A stretch of DNA of 64,000 bases, from positions 3,504,071 through 3,568,070 of the forward strand of contig MU053810.1 of assembly GCA_013239625.1 (NCBI GenBank), given 5' to 3'. This document shows, piece after piece, positions 12,013 to 24,617 of the stretch. The notes below the pieces were generated by a model. It saw nothing but the letters and a program-made list of their open reading frames with translations, searched no databases and was not told the DNA's origin. Position 1 is the first letter of the stretch. Each line of letters opens with the position of its first letter. Position numbers and translations under genes: made by a program. This DNA is from Lama guanicoe (taxonomy: Eukaryota).

Positions 12013-13549
12013 AGAGGCCTATTGTGATTGACAGCACCACCCACCCTAAGTGGGATGAAAAGATGATTCCCCAAAGGAAGGCGTGCTGAGCACATTACAA
12101 AACAGCACGTGTACTGTTGTTCGCAGTTTTTTGACTATTGAAAATATTTCCATAAAACATGTAGGCACACATCCATACATCTCTTTATACAAATGTACTA
12201 GAATTTCTCTGAATAGGTACCTACCGGTGGAATTGATAGGTTATGGCAAATTGCTTTACAAAGATACTTTACCAATTTACTTTCTGACACTGTATTAAAT
12301 GCTCTTTCTCCCACACCCTCACCAACCCTGGGTACTACTAGTTTTTGAAAATCTTGCCAATCTAACAAGCAAAACAGGATCTTTGATTTAAAAAAAATTT
12401 TTTTTCTCATTTCTCAAATTAGAACGGGGGCAAAACATCTTTTTGTGTTCACCAACTGTTGCAGGTGAAGTCCTGGGAAGAGATGCTGAGATGGAGATGA
12501 GGGCGCAGGAGGTTATCAGGCAGTGACCTCTGAAGCCAGGATAGCCCTTTGGAGTTGCCCTGCGTTCGAGCATGGTGGCCAGATCCTTACACTCCTGTGC
12601 CCTGACCCCGGTCTGGGGATGAGGGCTGCCCCAGGAAGGTGCATGCCCTTGGATAAGCTGACCCTTTTCCACAGAAGGTGGTTCCCAGAGAGGGCGGACA
12701 GCTGAGGGCAGTCAGCCAGCAACCCTTTCAGCAGCTGGGGGAGTAAATCCTCCAGGCCTGACGCACGGCACACATGCATTACACCGACCACATTTATTAG
12801 TTTGTGAATGGTCTGTTCATAGCCCTTCTGTTTTGTTTTTTTTTTTAATTGATTTGTAGTGGTGCTTTATTCTGGATGTTCATCCTTTATACATTATATG
12901 TGTTACAAATATTTTACCTCTGTCTACCGCTGGTTTTCAACATTGTTAAGGGGTCATTTATTTTGAACACTTATTATGTTTTTAGATAATCAAATTTGTC
13001 CATTTCTCTTCTCCAAGATTACAAAAATATCTCTATTTTCCTTGAACAGTTCTGTGCTTTAAAATATATCTATAGCTCTTTAATTCCTCTGGAGGTTATT
13101 TTGTGTTCATGGAAAGAGGTGATGTCCCAGGATCATATACTTAATAGACAATTCTTCATAGACTGAGGTAAATGAGCATACACACTAGGAATAAAACTTT
13201 CATTTAGAGGGAATATTTCTCTTTTTCTTTTCTTTTTTTTTTTAAAGTTCTTGAAGAGGTGTTTATGTCATCAGCAATGCTAAGCTGCTGTCACATATTA
13301 GCTCTTGGGCTTCAGTCATCACATCAGGCACCCACATCTGCCTTGGTCCTCTCCAGAGCAGAGGGGAGAGCTCTGACCACAGGGGACCAGCCCTGCCCTC
13401 AGGAGCTGGGAGCCCGTCGCACACATGTTTGCGAGCACAGCCACCATATCCCGCGGTTGCTGGGCCCAGGGTTGCCACTTGGTTGTACATCTGTTGGTTT
13501 CACCTACCGACCGTCTTCTCCAGGGATAAATTAGTGATTAGTTCCCCAC

Positions 13550-13850
13550 TAGGGGTGGATACCTTCCGAGTGGCTGTAACAAGATACCACCATCTCAGTG
13601 GCTTAACACGACACAAGGTTATTCCCCTGCAGTTCCAGAACCAGAGTGAAGACTGAGTTTTGTAGGACAAGTTCTCCAGGTGCCAGCAGGGCTGGCCCCT
13701 CTGGAGGCTCCTGGAGAGACTCTGTCCGGCCTTCTCCAGAGTCCCCTCCTCTGTCCTCACAGCCAGCAGTGCCGCATCCTCTGTCTCTGCTGCCTTGCCT
13801 CCTCTCTTCTGTCTTGACCATCCCGCTGCCTTTATAAGGACCCACCCGAG
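13550..13850 (-). mobile_element. MLT1 (MaLR) LTR fragment
   Basis: ggctgtaacaagataccaccatctcagtggcttaa...cagttccagaaccagag...ccctctggaggctc...ttataaggac motif series. Confidence 0.75.
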
Positions 13851-14499
13851 AAAGCCTCCGTCCAGACGTGTACCTTTGTCATGAGGATGAATGCCTTCTG
13901 CCTAGAAGGTCTCAGAGTCAGCCCTGAGTCAGCCCACCACACCCACACCTGGAGAGAACCCAGCCGGGGTACTTCTCCCTCCTTGAGCACAGGCTAGAGC
14001 CCCAGCCACAGGTCACAGGGCCGGGAGGGAGCAGGGTTGGCATCTACATGCCTGGTTCTGATCCTGGGGAGCCCTGGAGCCCCAGAGCCACCCATCAGAG
14101 ACCTCGCCAGCAGGCTCGCATAGGCACAGACCACACCCTCCTCTACGGGAGGGACATAAGGCCCAGGCCCCTTACCCTGCTGGTCATGAAACTTACTGTT
14201 GGAAACTTGCACGTTTCAACTTCCAGTGGCGATAACCCCCCCACCCCCGGCCCCCTGGCCCTGCACCCACTGCCCCCGGGAGAGGTTCCAAGCAGGCCCG
14301 GGGCCCTGTGCCCAGGAACAGAGGGGTCAGGAAGGGACCAGCGCTTCTGCTTGCGGCCTTACTGGAGCACTATTCCTTTCTCCTCCTGCCCTAGTCAGTG
14401 CCCAGCCCCACCCCTGCACGGCTCCCAGCTCCTTGACTCTGCAATTCCAGTAATCTGTCATCTATTTTTCTTTTAAGACTATATACTGAGATCACTGTA

Positions 14500-15640
14500 T
14501 TTTTATGTTTTCGTATCTGGTTGGTCAAATTTTTCATCATGACTCAATTTTCCCCCCAAATTTTGGCTATATCTAAGCATTTTCTCCTTCTTATGAACTT
14601 GAGAATACACCTGTCTTATTGTTTGCATTAAAGACACAGACTAAATTGGAACATTACAACATTACAACACACACTTCTCAACTAAGAACATCTTTCTCGC
14701 TAAGATTTTTTATTACCTTTAGTAAACTTTTATAACTTCCCTCATATAGGACTTACACATTTCTTGTTAGGTTTATTTCTAAGTCTTCTAAGTATTTTGC
14801 TTATTCCCGCCCACCTTTTGTCAATGGAATTTTGTTTTTTTTTTCCTACCAGTGATATGCATGTAACACTCTGCTGGTTTGTTTACTAGCATTTTATTAA
14901 GCCTAACTCCATAAGTGAGATTGACTGATAATGACATTCTTATTAATAAATCTTACCTAGTTTTGGTAACAGATCAGTTAGCAAATTTTACATTTTTCCC
15001 TATTATATTTAAATAAAATCTGATGCATCTGTTCATTAACAATATAGCAGAACCCATTCATAAAACTCTCATCATAGTGTCTATCTCAGGGTTTTTTTGT
15101 TAGTTATTTCCCTGTTCAGTTTTCTATCTTCTGGACTCAATTTTGATTATATGCCTGTTTTTAGAAAACTAACTACTTAGGTTTTATATTTTATTGATAT
15201 AAATTTCTACATAGTAATCATCTATAAATTAATATATTTTATACTTGGAGTTACATACAATTTCAAGCTGTATTTTTGTTTTTTTTCTTGATTTTATTTG
15301 ACAAAATTCCAGGCGTTTTATCCGTCCTTTCAAAAAAAGTTTTATTGGTTTTATTGATTAAATGAGTTTTATATCTTTAATTTCACCTTTTAGATTAATT
15401 CTTTTCTGTGGATTATTTTATTCTTTTTCTAGATTCTTGAATTTAATGATTGGATGTTTTGTTTATTAATTTCTAATCCTTCCTCTTTTCTGATATATGC
15501 TTTTAAGTCCATAACTTTTCTGGTTACCACTCTGCCTGCCTCTCACAGGTTTAATGTTTCCTCATTTGGGGTTCTTTTCTAAACAGTGTGCAATTTTATT
15601 TTGAATGTCCCTTTGAACCGAATATGATTTAGAAATGAAA
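14500..15640 (-). mobile_element. Old, degraded L1 ORF2 fragment(s)
   Basis: T-rich antisense L1-like text (tttcttgttaggtttatttctaag; ttttaagtccataacttttc). Confidence 0.55.
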
Positions 15641-16064
15641 TAACAAAATATAGCAAAAATGTTTTTACTAAGTAGCTCAGCAGAAACGAAGAAGAAATCT
15701 CTAGAGTCCAGAAATTAAAAAATGAAATGATGTAAGTAGGTAAGAACGATGCCTGCAGCTGATAGGCAAAAGGCCTGTGGGACAGTCTGCGAAGGTTTTC
15801 AAATCCTAGGAGTCCTGACCTTGGCTCTCCCCAGGTTTGAAAGCTAGACCTGAGTTGTGTGCATAATAAGCCTGACCTCAAAAGTCTCCCCCTCCCTTCA
15901 TGAAAAGGATAATAGAACTCCACCCAGTTGCCTGTAACCCTAACCCTGGTGATGGGCGGGGGGCAGCAGCTAAGAAGTTCACCATTTATCTAGGTGAGGG
16001 CTGGGCAGGTGACTTTCCGCAAATCTACTAAGTCCATGGGAAAACTTAAATATTTCTGCCAGAC

Positions 16065-16305
16065 TTTTAGTTTCCTCTTGATGCTGTAACAAATTACAGT
16101 AAATCTGACTGAACACTGTGGTTGTCAGGTGGTTGCTTCTCCATCATATCAGATCAAGCCAGCAGTCCCTCCAAGAGAGCCTGGATTAGGAATGTGGGGG
16201 GTGTAACAGATCAGTGGCTTAAAACAACAAAATTTATTATCTTGCTGTTCTGGAGGTCAGAAGTCTGAAATGGATTTCACTGGGCTAAACTCAAGGTGTT
16301 AGAAC
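16065..16305 (-). mobile_element. MLT1 LTR fragment interrupted by a 103-bp TG...CA insertion (16106-16208)
   Basis: ttagtttcct...gctgtaacaaattac | agtggcttaaaacaacaaaatttattatctt...ttctggaggtcagaagtctgaaat. Confidence 0.7.
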
Positions 16306-17649
16306 TATGCGTTTGGAACTTACTGTTTTGGCATTCCTTGAGACCTATGCTTAAAGTATGTTCCTCCAGAGAGGATTCCAGCTTGGACCTTTTTTCAGCT
16401 GTACAAATAGTGCAAATTTGGCTCCCCAGGGTGGCTGATTCACACTGTGGCTAAAATGCTAGAGAATTGTCATCCCTCTCTTATTAGGCTGCCCAGAGTC
16501 AAGGCCAAAGCAGGAAAATACTCTTTCTTGAAGTATATCTTTTCTAGTACACTCAGTTACAATATCATTTTTAGGGGAAGGTCCTAGCTTTTTTGGGCAC
16601 CCTCTCGTCTGCCCTTTACTCAGCGTGGCCTTCAGACTCCGGCCATCAGGAACCTGCAGATGCCCTCAGGATAAACACTGGTTTGAGTGATTTGAAATTG
16701 TGCTTTCAAGTGCTTTACAGCCTCTGACTGTTTTCCCTTACTTTCTTGACAGCAGAGAAACATCTTTCCAAAACGAACATTTTTCTCCCCTGTTTTTATC
16801 CATCATCCATCCATCCTTTATAAGAAAAGGTTAAATTTTGCTAAAATATTGCCCCACTGCAGAAAACAGAAGTCAGGAGACAATGTTTTAAAAGATAATG
16901 ATTGAGAAATTTTCAATCATTGTAAGTTTATAAAGGCTCTAACTTAAGGATTCTTAGTCTAGAGCAGAATGAATTGGAACATCAACCCTATTCACATTAT
17001 GGTAAACTGCCTAACGTCGAAGACAGAAAAATATTAAAGATAAAGAAATAAGTCATCTAAAAAGGATGACAGCTAAACTGATAATTTTAACTGATAATTT
17101 AAACCAATAATATTGCAACATTAGATGACATATGACAACAGATTACTGGGTCAAGGTAACTATCAACCTAGGACTCTCTTCTAAACTTAACTGTACCACA
17201 TCTCTTACATCTGATTGGCCCAGGTTTTTAAAAATCTAACTATATAAAGAATTGGTGACGATTTGGGGAAATAAATCTCAGCCACTGCATTCCACACTGG
17301 CGGAATGTAACTTGGTGTAACTTCTTAGCATCTGAAAATAGCTAGCGAAACTGATGATGTAAATTCCCTATGATTCAGCAACCCTACTTCTCTGGGAAAT
17401 GCTTTTACCTAAACTTACAAAAGTGCACACAAAAGTGTACACGGAAGAATTACTACAATGGCAAAAAATTAGAAGCAACTTAAATTTTATCAGTAGGAGA
17501 ATGGATCACTGAATTAAAGGCTTCACAGCAGCTAAAATGAATGCACTGAATCTTACGTATTTAAACAGATACATTAATAATCAAATATATCTCAGTAAAG
17601 AAGGGAAGAAATAAACGGATATAGCTTGGCTATTTTATTTTGAATTTTT

Positions 17650-18020
17650 AAAATATTGCAGAAAGATACTCATTTAAGTAAATTAAAAAAGAGCAGACAC
17701 AGAAAGGAAATGTCTCTGTCTTCCCCGTGTCTGGCTAAAAGCAAGACATACATTTCCATTTGTAAAGGTGTCCTTCTCTCTCCAGTACCAGGAGGAGAAC
17801 TCTTCTATTTTTCATTATTTTTAAAAATTTCCCAGCTTTATTGGGATACAATTGACATATAACATTGTATTAGTTTAAGGTGTGTACAACATAATGATTT
17901 GATGTATATGCTTTTCTCTTATTGATTTGTCTTTGTCAGTTCAATTTTCAGAGACCCAGCCACAGAGGGGAACAGAGGGGGACAGAGGAAACAGTGTTTT
18001 TTGTTTTTTCCTCCCTTACA
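17650..18020 (+). mobile_element. Degraded ERV1-class LTR (MER34-like) interrupted by a short antisense L1 3' fragment
   Basis: Shares motifs with the LTR at 39550-40050 (aaaggtgtccttctctctcc..tacc; tttgtcagttcaattttcagagacccagccaca; ends cctcccttaca). Confidence 0.5.
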
Positions 18021-18853
18021 GGGCATGTATTAAAAATACATAAAACAATCCTATACATTATTTATGCAGACATATATATGTAATAAAAATATAAAAACAG
18101 GGTGGGAAATTCCACCGTAGTAAGATTAGTTGTTACCTCTAGGGAGGAACAGACATAAATGGGATAAGAAAGGACAGCTGTATTTGTGGCATTTTGTTTC
18201 TCAAAAATATGTCAGTAAGAACTGCTTTAATACAAAAGGAAATTTGACAAAACTTCTTAGAAGTAAATAGATTAGAAAGTAAGTTAAAAAATGTAGAGGA
18301 ATAAATTTACATAGTAAGCTCAATTGAAGAGTGGTATTTTAAGAAAATTTGTACCAAATATTTGGGAAGATGCATTAGACTTACTTATTCTCATTTGGAG
18401 GCATTATTTCTAACATAAAAAGTACGGGGGACAGCATTGTACCTGCCAATGAGTTTTTTTAAAGTCTAGCTTTTAAAAATATTTGTTTAGATCTTTTGTA
18501 TTTGGGGGAAACCCCCACATTTGGTGTCCAGTTTTTTCTGAACAAAGCTCTATAAAAAGATAAGTGAAATACATAGAGATTCCAGAAAACTCAAGGCACC
18601 ACTAAGGAAAAACCCCCATATCCCCATCCTAATCCTGGAACAATGAAAATGAAAATTTAGTTCCTCTAAACCTCGTAATATGGTCTTCCACAACCAAGGA
18701 AACATGCCCTTTGATTACTTTACAGCCCAACTGGCTATACCCCTAGGTGACCTAGAATTTTCAGTTATAATAGCAGTCAAACAATTATAGACTAGTAATT
18801 ACAACACAGCTGGTATGTGTGCCATTTCACTTTTTTTTTTGTCCAAAATCTTT

Positions 18854-19670
18854 TTTTGTTGTTATTTTGCTTTAACATTTTTAATTGATTTATAATCATA
18901 TTACAATGTTGTGTCAAATTCCAGTGTAGAGCACAATTTTTCAGTTATACATGAACATATATACTCATTGTAACATTTTTTTCTCTGTGAGCTACCATAA
19001 GATCTTGTATATATTTCCCTGTGGTAAACAGTATAATCTTGTTTATCTATTCTATAATTTTGAAGTCCCAGTCTATCTCTTCCCACCCCCCACCCCCTTG
19101 GCAACTACAAGTTTGTATTCTATGTCTGTGAGTCTATTTCTGTTTTGTACTTATGCTTTGTTTTCTTTTTTTTTCTTTTTAGATTCCACACATGAGCGAT
19201 CTCATATGGTATTTTTCTTTCTCTTTCTGGCTTACTTCACTTAGAATGACATTCTCCAGGAGCATCCATGTTGCTGCAAATGGTGTTATGTTGTCAGTTT
19301 TTATGGCTGAGTAGTATTCCATTGTATAAATATACCACATCTTCTTTATCCAGTCATCACCTCACACCAGTCAGAATGGCCATCATTCAAAAATCCATAA
19401 ATGACAAATGCTGGAGATGCTGTGGAGAAAAGGGAACCCTCCTTCACTGCTGGTTAAGAATGCAGTTTGGTGCAGCCACTGTGGAAAACAGTATGGAGAT
19501 TCCTCAAAAGACTAGGAATAGACTTACCGTATGACCCAGGAATCCCGCTCCTGGGCAAATATCCAGAAGGAACCCTACTTCAGGATGACACCTGCACCCG
19601 AATGTTCATAGCACATTATTTACAATAGCCAAGACGTGGAAACAGCCTAAATGTCCATCAACAGAAGACA
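18854..19670 (-). mobile_element. 5'-inverted (twin-primed) young L1 with 13-bp TSD
   Basis: Minus-strand 3' end with poly-A at 18854-19358, then plus-strand ORF2 piece (HLTPVRMAIIQKS..KCW) at 19356-19670. TSD gtccaaaatcttt at 18841-18853 and 19671-19683. Confidence 0.93.
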
Positions 19671-19844
19671 GTCCAAAATCTTTATTACATTAAAAATGTG
19701 ACCTTTGAGAAAGTTGTAGGACTTCACTGTGCTTTAGTTTCTTATCTCAGATAAAAAAAAGATAATATTCTTTTTTTTCTGATTTAGTTTTGTTTACCAA
19801 ACACTTATATAACCCTGATGGTTTTTGTTCTCTCTCCCTGAACC

Positions 19845-20320
19845 AGTTAGCTTTTGTTGTATAATAAAACCACCCCCATAAGTCTGTGGATTAGCAATTT
19901 GGACTGAGCTCAGTCCTCCTGGTCTTAGTGGGACTCACTCATGGATCTGTGGTCAGCTTCCAGGGACTCTGGGGGCCAGTCAGTCTTGAGGCTGAGCTGG
20001 GATGGCTCCTCTCTTAGCTGGGACCACATCACCTAGTCTCTTATTATCCAGTAGAATATCTGAGGCTTTGCTCCACAGTGGTGGATTCCCTAGGAGCTGA
20101 AAAAGAGCAGCAGGCTCTCATGTGCAAATGCTTTTCAAGTCTCCATTGGTGTCGCAATTGCTAATGTTACATTGGCCAAAGCAAGTGACATGGCCAAGCC
20201 CAGAGTCAAGGAGTGAAGAATAGACTCCATTTTCTCAATAGGAGAATCTGGAAAGTCACTTCACAAGGGCATCCATGAAGGGAGGGAAGAATTTGTGGCT
20301 ATTTTCACAATCTATCCATC
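19845..20320 (-). mobile_element. Old MaLR (MLT1) LTR
   Basis: ttagcttttgttgtataataaaaccaccccc...ttggccaaagcaagtgacatggccaagcccaga...tagactcca. Confidence 0.7.
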
Positions 20321-20625
20321 CTCTAAAAGATGAACATTATGTTGATATGAAGTATTATTCACTGTAGTATAGCACAAAGTTCTCATTAACATTTTCAATG
20401 TTAAATTATGTTCTCAGAACATCTGCTTGAGTGTAAATATTGAAGTGTTTTCTAATGAACTCCTGTGAAATGCAAACACTATGTAATCTTTTACTGATGT
20501 ACCTTGTTGAAACAAATAAAGACCACAACAACTACCTCAAAATGACAAATATCAACACTGTAAAATTTTTCTTTGTTTAAAAGTTACTCATCTTAATGTT
20601 ATCCTATTAGATTAAAATAACATTT

Positions 20626-20785
20626 GGTGGGTAGGGTATAGCTCAAGCAGTAGAGTGCATGAGGTCCTGGGTTCAATCCCCAGTACTTTCTCCAAAAATA
20701 AACAAATAAACCTAATTACCCACCCCCCCACCACCAAAAAAAAAATAAGTAAATAAATAAATAAAAATTTAAAGAAAAAATAAAG
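20626..20785 (+). mobile_element. tRNA-derived SINE (Vic-1-like) with small internal deletion
   Basis: GGGTATAGCTCAAGCAGTAGAGTGCATGAGGTCCTGGGTTCAATCCCCAGTAC...AAACCTAATTACC plus A-rich tail. Confidence 0.88.
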
Positions 20786-21949
20786 TTCAATTTACTGAAT
20801 TTATTTACATATTACTATAAATACTTATACGGTGCAGTGGGGAAACCAAGAGGTAAAAGACTTGGGGGCTCATCTTAGTTTTGCCTCTCATCTTTTGCAG
20901 TCTTAGGCAAATCACCTAATCTCTTGAAGGCTCAGTTTCTTTATTGAAACAATAGATGCTCTGGGGAAAAAGATCTTTGTTTCATTTCAGCATTAAAATT
21001 ACAGATTCTTTCTTCAGGAACAAATCTATGGCAAAAACAAAACCTGGGTATACATAAAAATAGAACTATTAAGTCTTTAGCTAGAGCCTCAATTACTGAA
21101 AATTATGGGGAAAATTCTTGTTTAGCTACCTGGTTGTAAGTAAAAGTCAAACCACTTCTTTACGTAGCCCATTTTGTCACAGTTCAATCCTATTTAAAAT
21201 ATAACAAAATGGAATAATGGATCTGAAAAACCCTCTGATAGAACAATTTCTAGAAAGCTTTTTTAAAAATTGCTAAACAATTGTGATTATGATTAGCTCA
21301 ACATTAGAAAACTACCTACAAAGACACGAGCATCCTTAACACGTAAGATGTTCAGTATCTCTTAACAGTTCCTTTTTTTTTCATTGATTTTATAATCTGA
21401 TTTTACCACAATTCCCTGAAAAGACAGAATTTAGAGAAAATTCTATACATCTTTCAGTTGATAGCTTGCCAGCCAACGTTTATTTAGGAAATGAATGAAT
21501 CTGTACCAGGTTTGGCAACAACTCCCCCATTTGGTTGTACAGATCTAACATGTCCTATTTGCTTTATTAAGATAGTGTTGCTTTTTTGTTGTTGTTGTTT
21601 TTAGAGGCATTTTGCCACAATGATGTCACTGAACTTAAGTGGAGGATTGGAATCAATGACACTTAAGCGATATTGGTTTTTTTTTTTTACTGATACGAGT
21701 GGCAGCGAGCATTTCCAAAACAACTAATTTCACCTAAGCATACACATGAGAGGCCAAACAGCACGGGGCAAAGGTGACAGGAGCTTAACCAGGGCTTGTC
21801 TAATCATCTAGAGCAGAAAGTCCCTCCACAAAATGGACAATATGTGGATTGCAGGGCTTGTAAAATGCCTTCCTGCAACTTACACAATATTTGAGACTTT
21901 TAGAATAAACTCATCCGTGGAAAGAATCCTTCGAGGGAAAAGAATTCAT

Positions 21950-22400
21950 AACCTTAAAGCCTGTGCCATTTTGAAACCAGTCTTTCTCGCACCTTATCTT
22001 CCTGACCTCTGCGCCGCATTTGGTGCTCGTGGCCACTTCCTTCTTGAGGCTCCTTCTTCCTTTAACTTCTGTGACTGGCTGTTTCTTACTTCTGCTTTCC
22101 TTTCTCTGAGTGCTCCTCACTGCCCCTCACCTCGCTTGTTCCCCTTGCCTCTTAAATGTCATTGTCCTTTGGGTCCATCCTTAGCCTTCCCTTCCTTCCC
22201 CGTCCAAGCTCATCGACTTCTACTTTGACGGCTGCAATTCCTACCCGTGTGGGCAATGTAAACTCCCCAATCTCCTTCTCAATCTTGCACCCTCTCTCGG
22301 GGTTAGGTTTGCAGATGTTCTCAGCAAACCTACAATGGAACTCATTTTCTGTCCCCAACAACCTGCTGCTTTTCCTGTGCACGTGTGTGCATGTGGGCAT
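21950..22400 (+). mobile_element. L2 LINE fragment
   Basis: cttatcttcctgacctctgcgccgcatttggtgctcgtggccacttccttcttgag, typical of an L2 RT-region remnant. Confidence 0.65.
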
Positions 22401-22954
22401 GTGTTGCCTCAGTTAATGACCTTACATGAATCTTCATATATTAAGTTCTAAAGTTACTTTCCAGCCCCCAATGGCTCCCCATGCACTTCTTTCTGTATCA
22501 TATGTCCCAAAGAGATGATAATACTCTATCACTTGGGGGTTCACTCAGTAGCCTCTGGCTGCCTCCCCCAAATAAACAAAAGGTCATTTTTTAAAAGCGT
22601 TTCATTAGGAGACAGGGACTATGTTCTCAAAATAACAAGTGGGATAAGTCACTAAACAAATGTTTATTGAGCACCTGCTCAGCCAGGTGCTGGGAATATC
22701 ATAGCGAGTGAAAGGGGACATTTGGATTTAATTGGCCTCTAAGTCTGGGAAGAAGTGATGTAGGTCGGAAGGGGGAGAAACAGCCCTTAAGCAAAAACTT
22801 GCACAAAGGCACATGAAATTCCAACTGTGACAGGTGCAATGAAGGAGGGGTTCCTAGAGTGAGTCTGTAATCGTGTGATTTAATCTAGGCAGGGAGCCCA
22901 TGATAGGTTTCCCCCGAGGAAGCTTACCCAGAGCCAGTATCTAGAAGATAACCT

Positions 22955-23465
22955 GGTAGATGATTACAAAATTGTTCCCATTATTTCTGTCCTTTTACAA
23001 GGTGAGGCACAACCCCTCCTATCAGGAGAAGCTACTCCCTGGCCATTTTTATCTGGGCTGATGCTGTGATATACCTTAGCCAACAGAATGCGGAAGAAGG
23101 GATGTTGAATCAGTTCTGAACTCAGTCCTTGAGCGGTTTCACAGTTCACCCTCTGAAAATCCTGACATTGCTCTATAAATAAGCTGCTGGATGTTGAGAG
23201 ACCCACAGCCCAGTCGCCCCTGACCCCTTAACTAACGACCAGCTAACTGCCAGACACGTGAATGTGGCCATCCAAGACCAGCCAGGCCCCAGCTGACCTG
23301 TTGGGCAAGCACAGGCCCCTGGGCTAGCCAGCTGAGATCAGACAAGCCTGGCCCAGGGCAGCTGGGCCATCCAGCTGACCCACCGACCTCCAGGCGTGAT
23401 CAGTGTTTGCAGTTTTATGAGACTGAGTTTTGAAATATTCATTAGCCGTAGCAGCTAACTGATCC
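22955..23465 (+). mobile_element. MLT1 (MaLR) LTR
   Basis: ttagccaacagaatgcggaagaagggatg...gtggccatccaagaccagccaggccccagctgacc...gtagcagctaactgatcca. Confidence 0.7.
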
Positions 23466-24093
23466 AGGTGGGTGGGGATTAACTAGGCACAGAGCTGTAT
23501 GTTATACCCAGAGGACTACACGTGCAGATCCCTGTGTGAGGAGAGAGCGTGGCAGGTTCCGGGACTGAACGGAGGCCATGGGGATGGAGCACAGACAGCT
23601 TGGGAAGACGAGTGGGCTGGGCCTGAGTGGGTAGGGACAGGACTGTGCAGAGCCTGGGAGACTGTGTTAAAGACTTGAGTCTCAATTCTAAGAGCAGAGG
23701 GAGACCACACAAGGGTTTTAAGCAGGAAGGGTGCATGACTAGATGTGAGGCTTGGCTTTGGTCTTGAAGCATGAAGAACAATTCAACAGGAACAGAATAG
23801 AACAGGGGAAGTGTGACAGCAGCCAGGTGACAGACCATAACAGCAACACCAGGATGGCGATGGTGGCAGGGCCACAAACATGCCCAACTCCGGCAGCATC
23901 ACTGTTAACTCTGTGGTTTACAAAAGTGGCCATCCCTAGATGTGTGTAGTGCATCCCATGGGAGCTGGGCGTGGGGAGAACGGGATGGACGCAAGGGGTG
24001 GTCAGGAAGTAAGATTATGGTGTTGTGATTGATACGATACTGCACATGGCAGGTTTCTAGGGACATGGCAAAGGACTGCTAGGTTCCTTTCTT

Positions 24094-24617
24094 TTTATTT
24101 ATTTACAAATTATTTATTTGCCAATGTACAAAGTCTAAAGAGCATTACAATTAATTTTTTCATTTTTAAAAATATGTTTTAGGGTCTATTTTTAAAAGAC
24201 TCTGTTTAAAAGAGCAATGTTAGGTTGATAGGGAAATTCTTTATGCCCTCTACCCCATACATGCCTAGCCTCTCCTATGATCAGCATTCTGCCTGGCAGT
24301 GCAGCACAGTTTCGGCAACTGATAAACCTGCACTGACACAACATAATCACCCGAAGTCCATGGTTTACATTAGGGCTCATTCTTGGTGTTGTACCTTCTG
24401 TGGGTTTGGATAAATATATAATAATATATATCCATCATTGAAGTGTCGTAAGGAGCATTTTCACTGCCCTAAAAATCCTCTGTTCTCTACCTGTAATCCT
24501 CTCTCCCCTCCCAACCCCCGACAACCAGTGATCTTTTTACTGTTTTCATAGTTTTGCCTTTTCCAGAATGTTCTATAGATGGGATTATATAGTATGCAGC
24601 CTCTTCAGATTTGACTC
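24094..24617 (-). mobile_element. L1 3'-end insertion (L1MC-like) with 15-bp TSD
   Basis: gataaacctgcactgacacaacataatcacccgaagtccatggtttacattaggg; TSD ctaggttcctttctt at 24079-24093 and 24618-24632. Confidence 0.85.
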
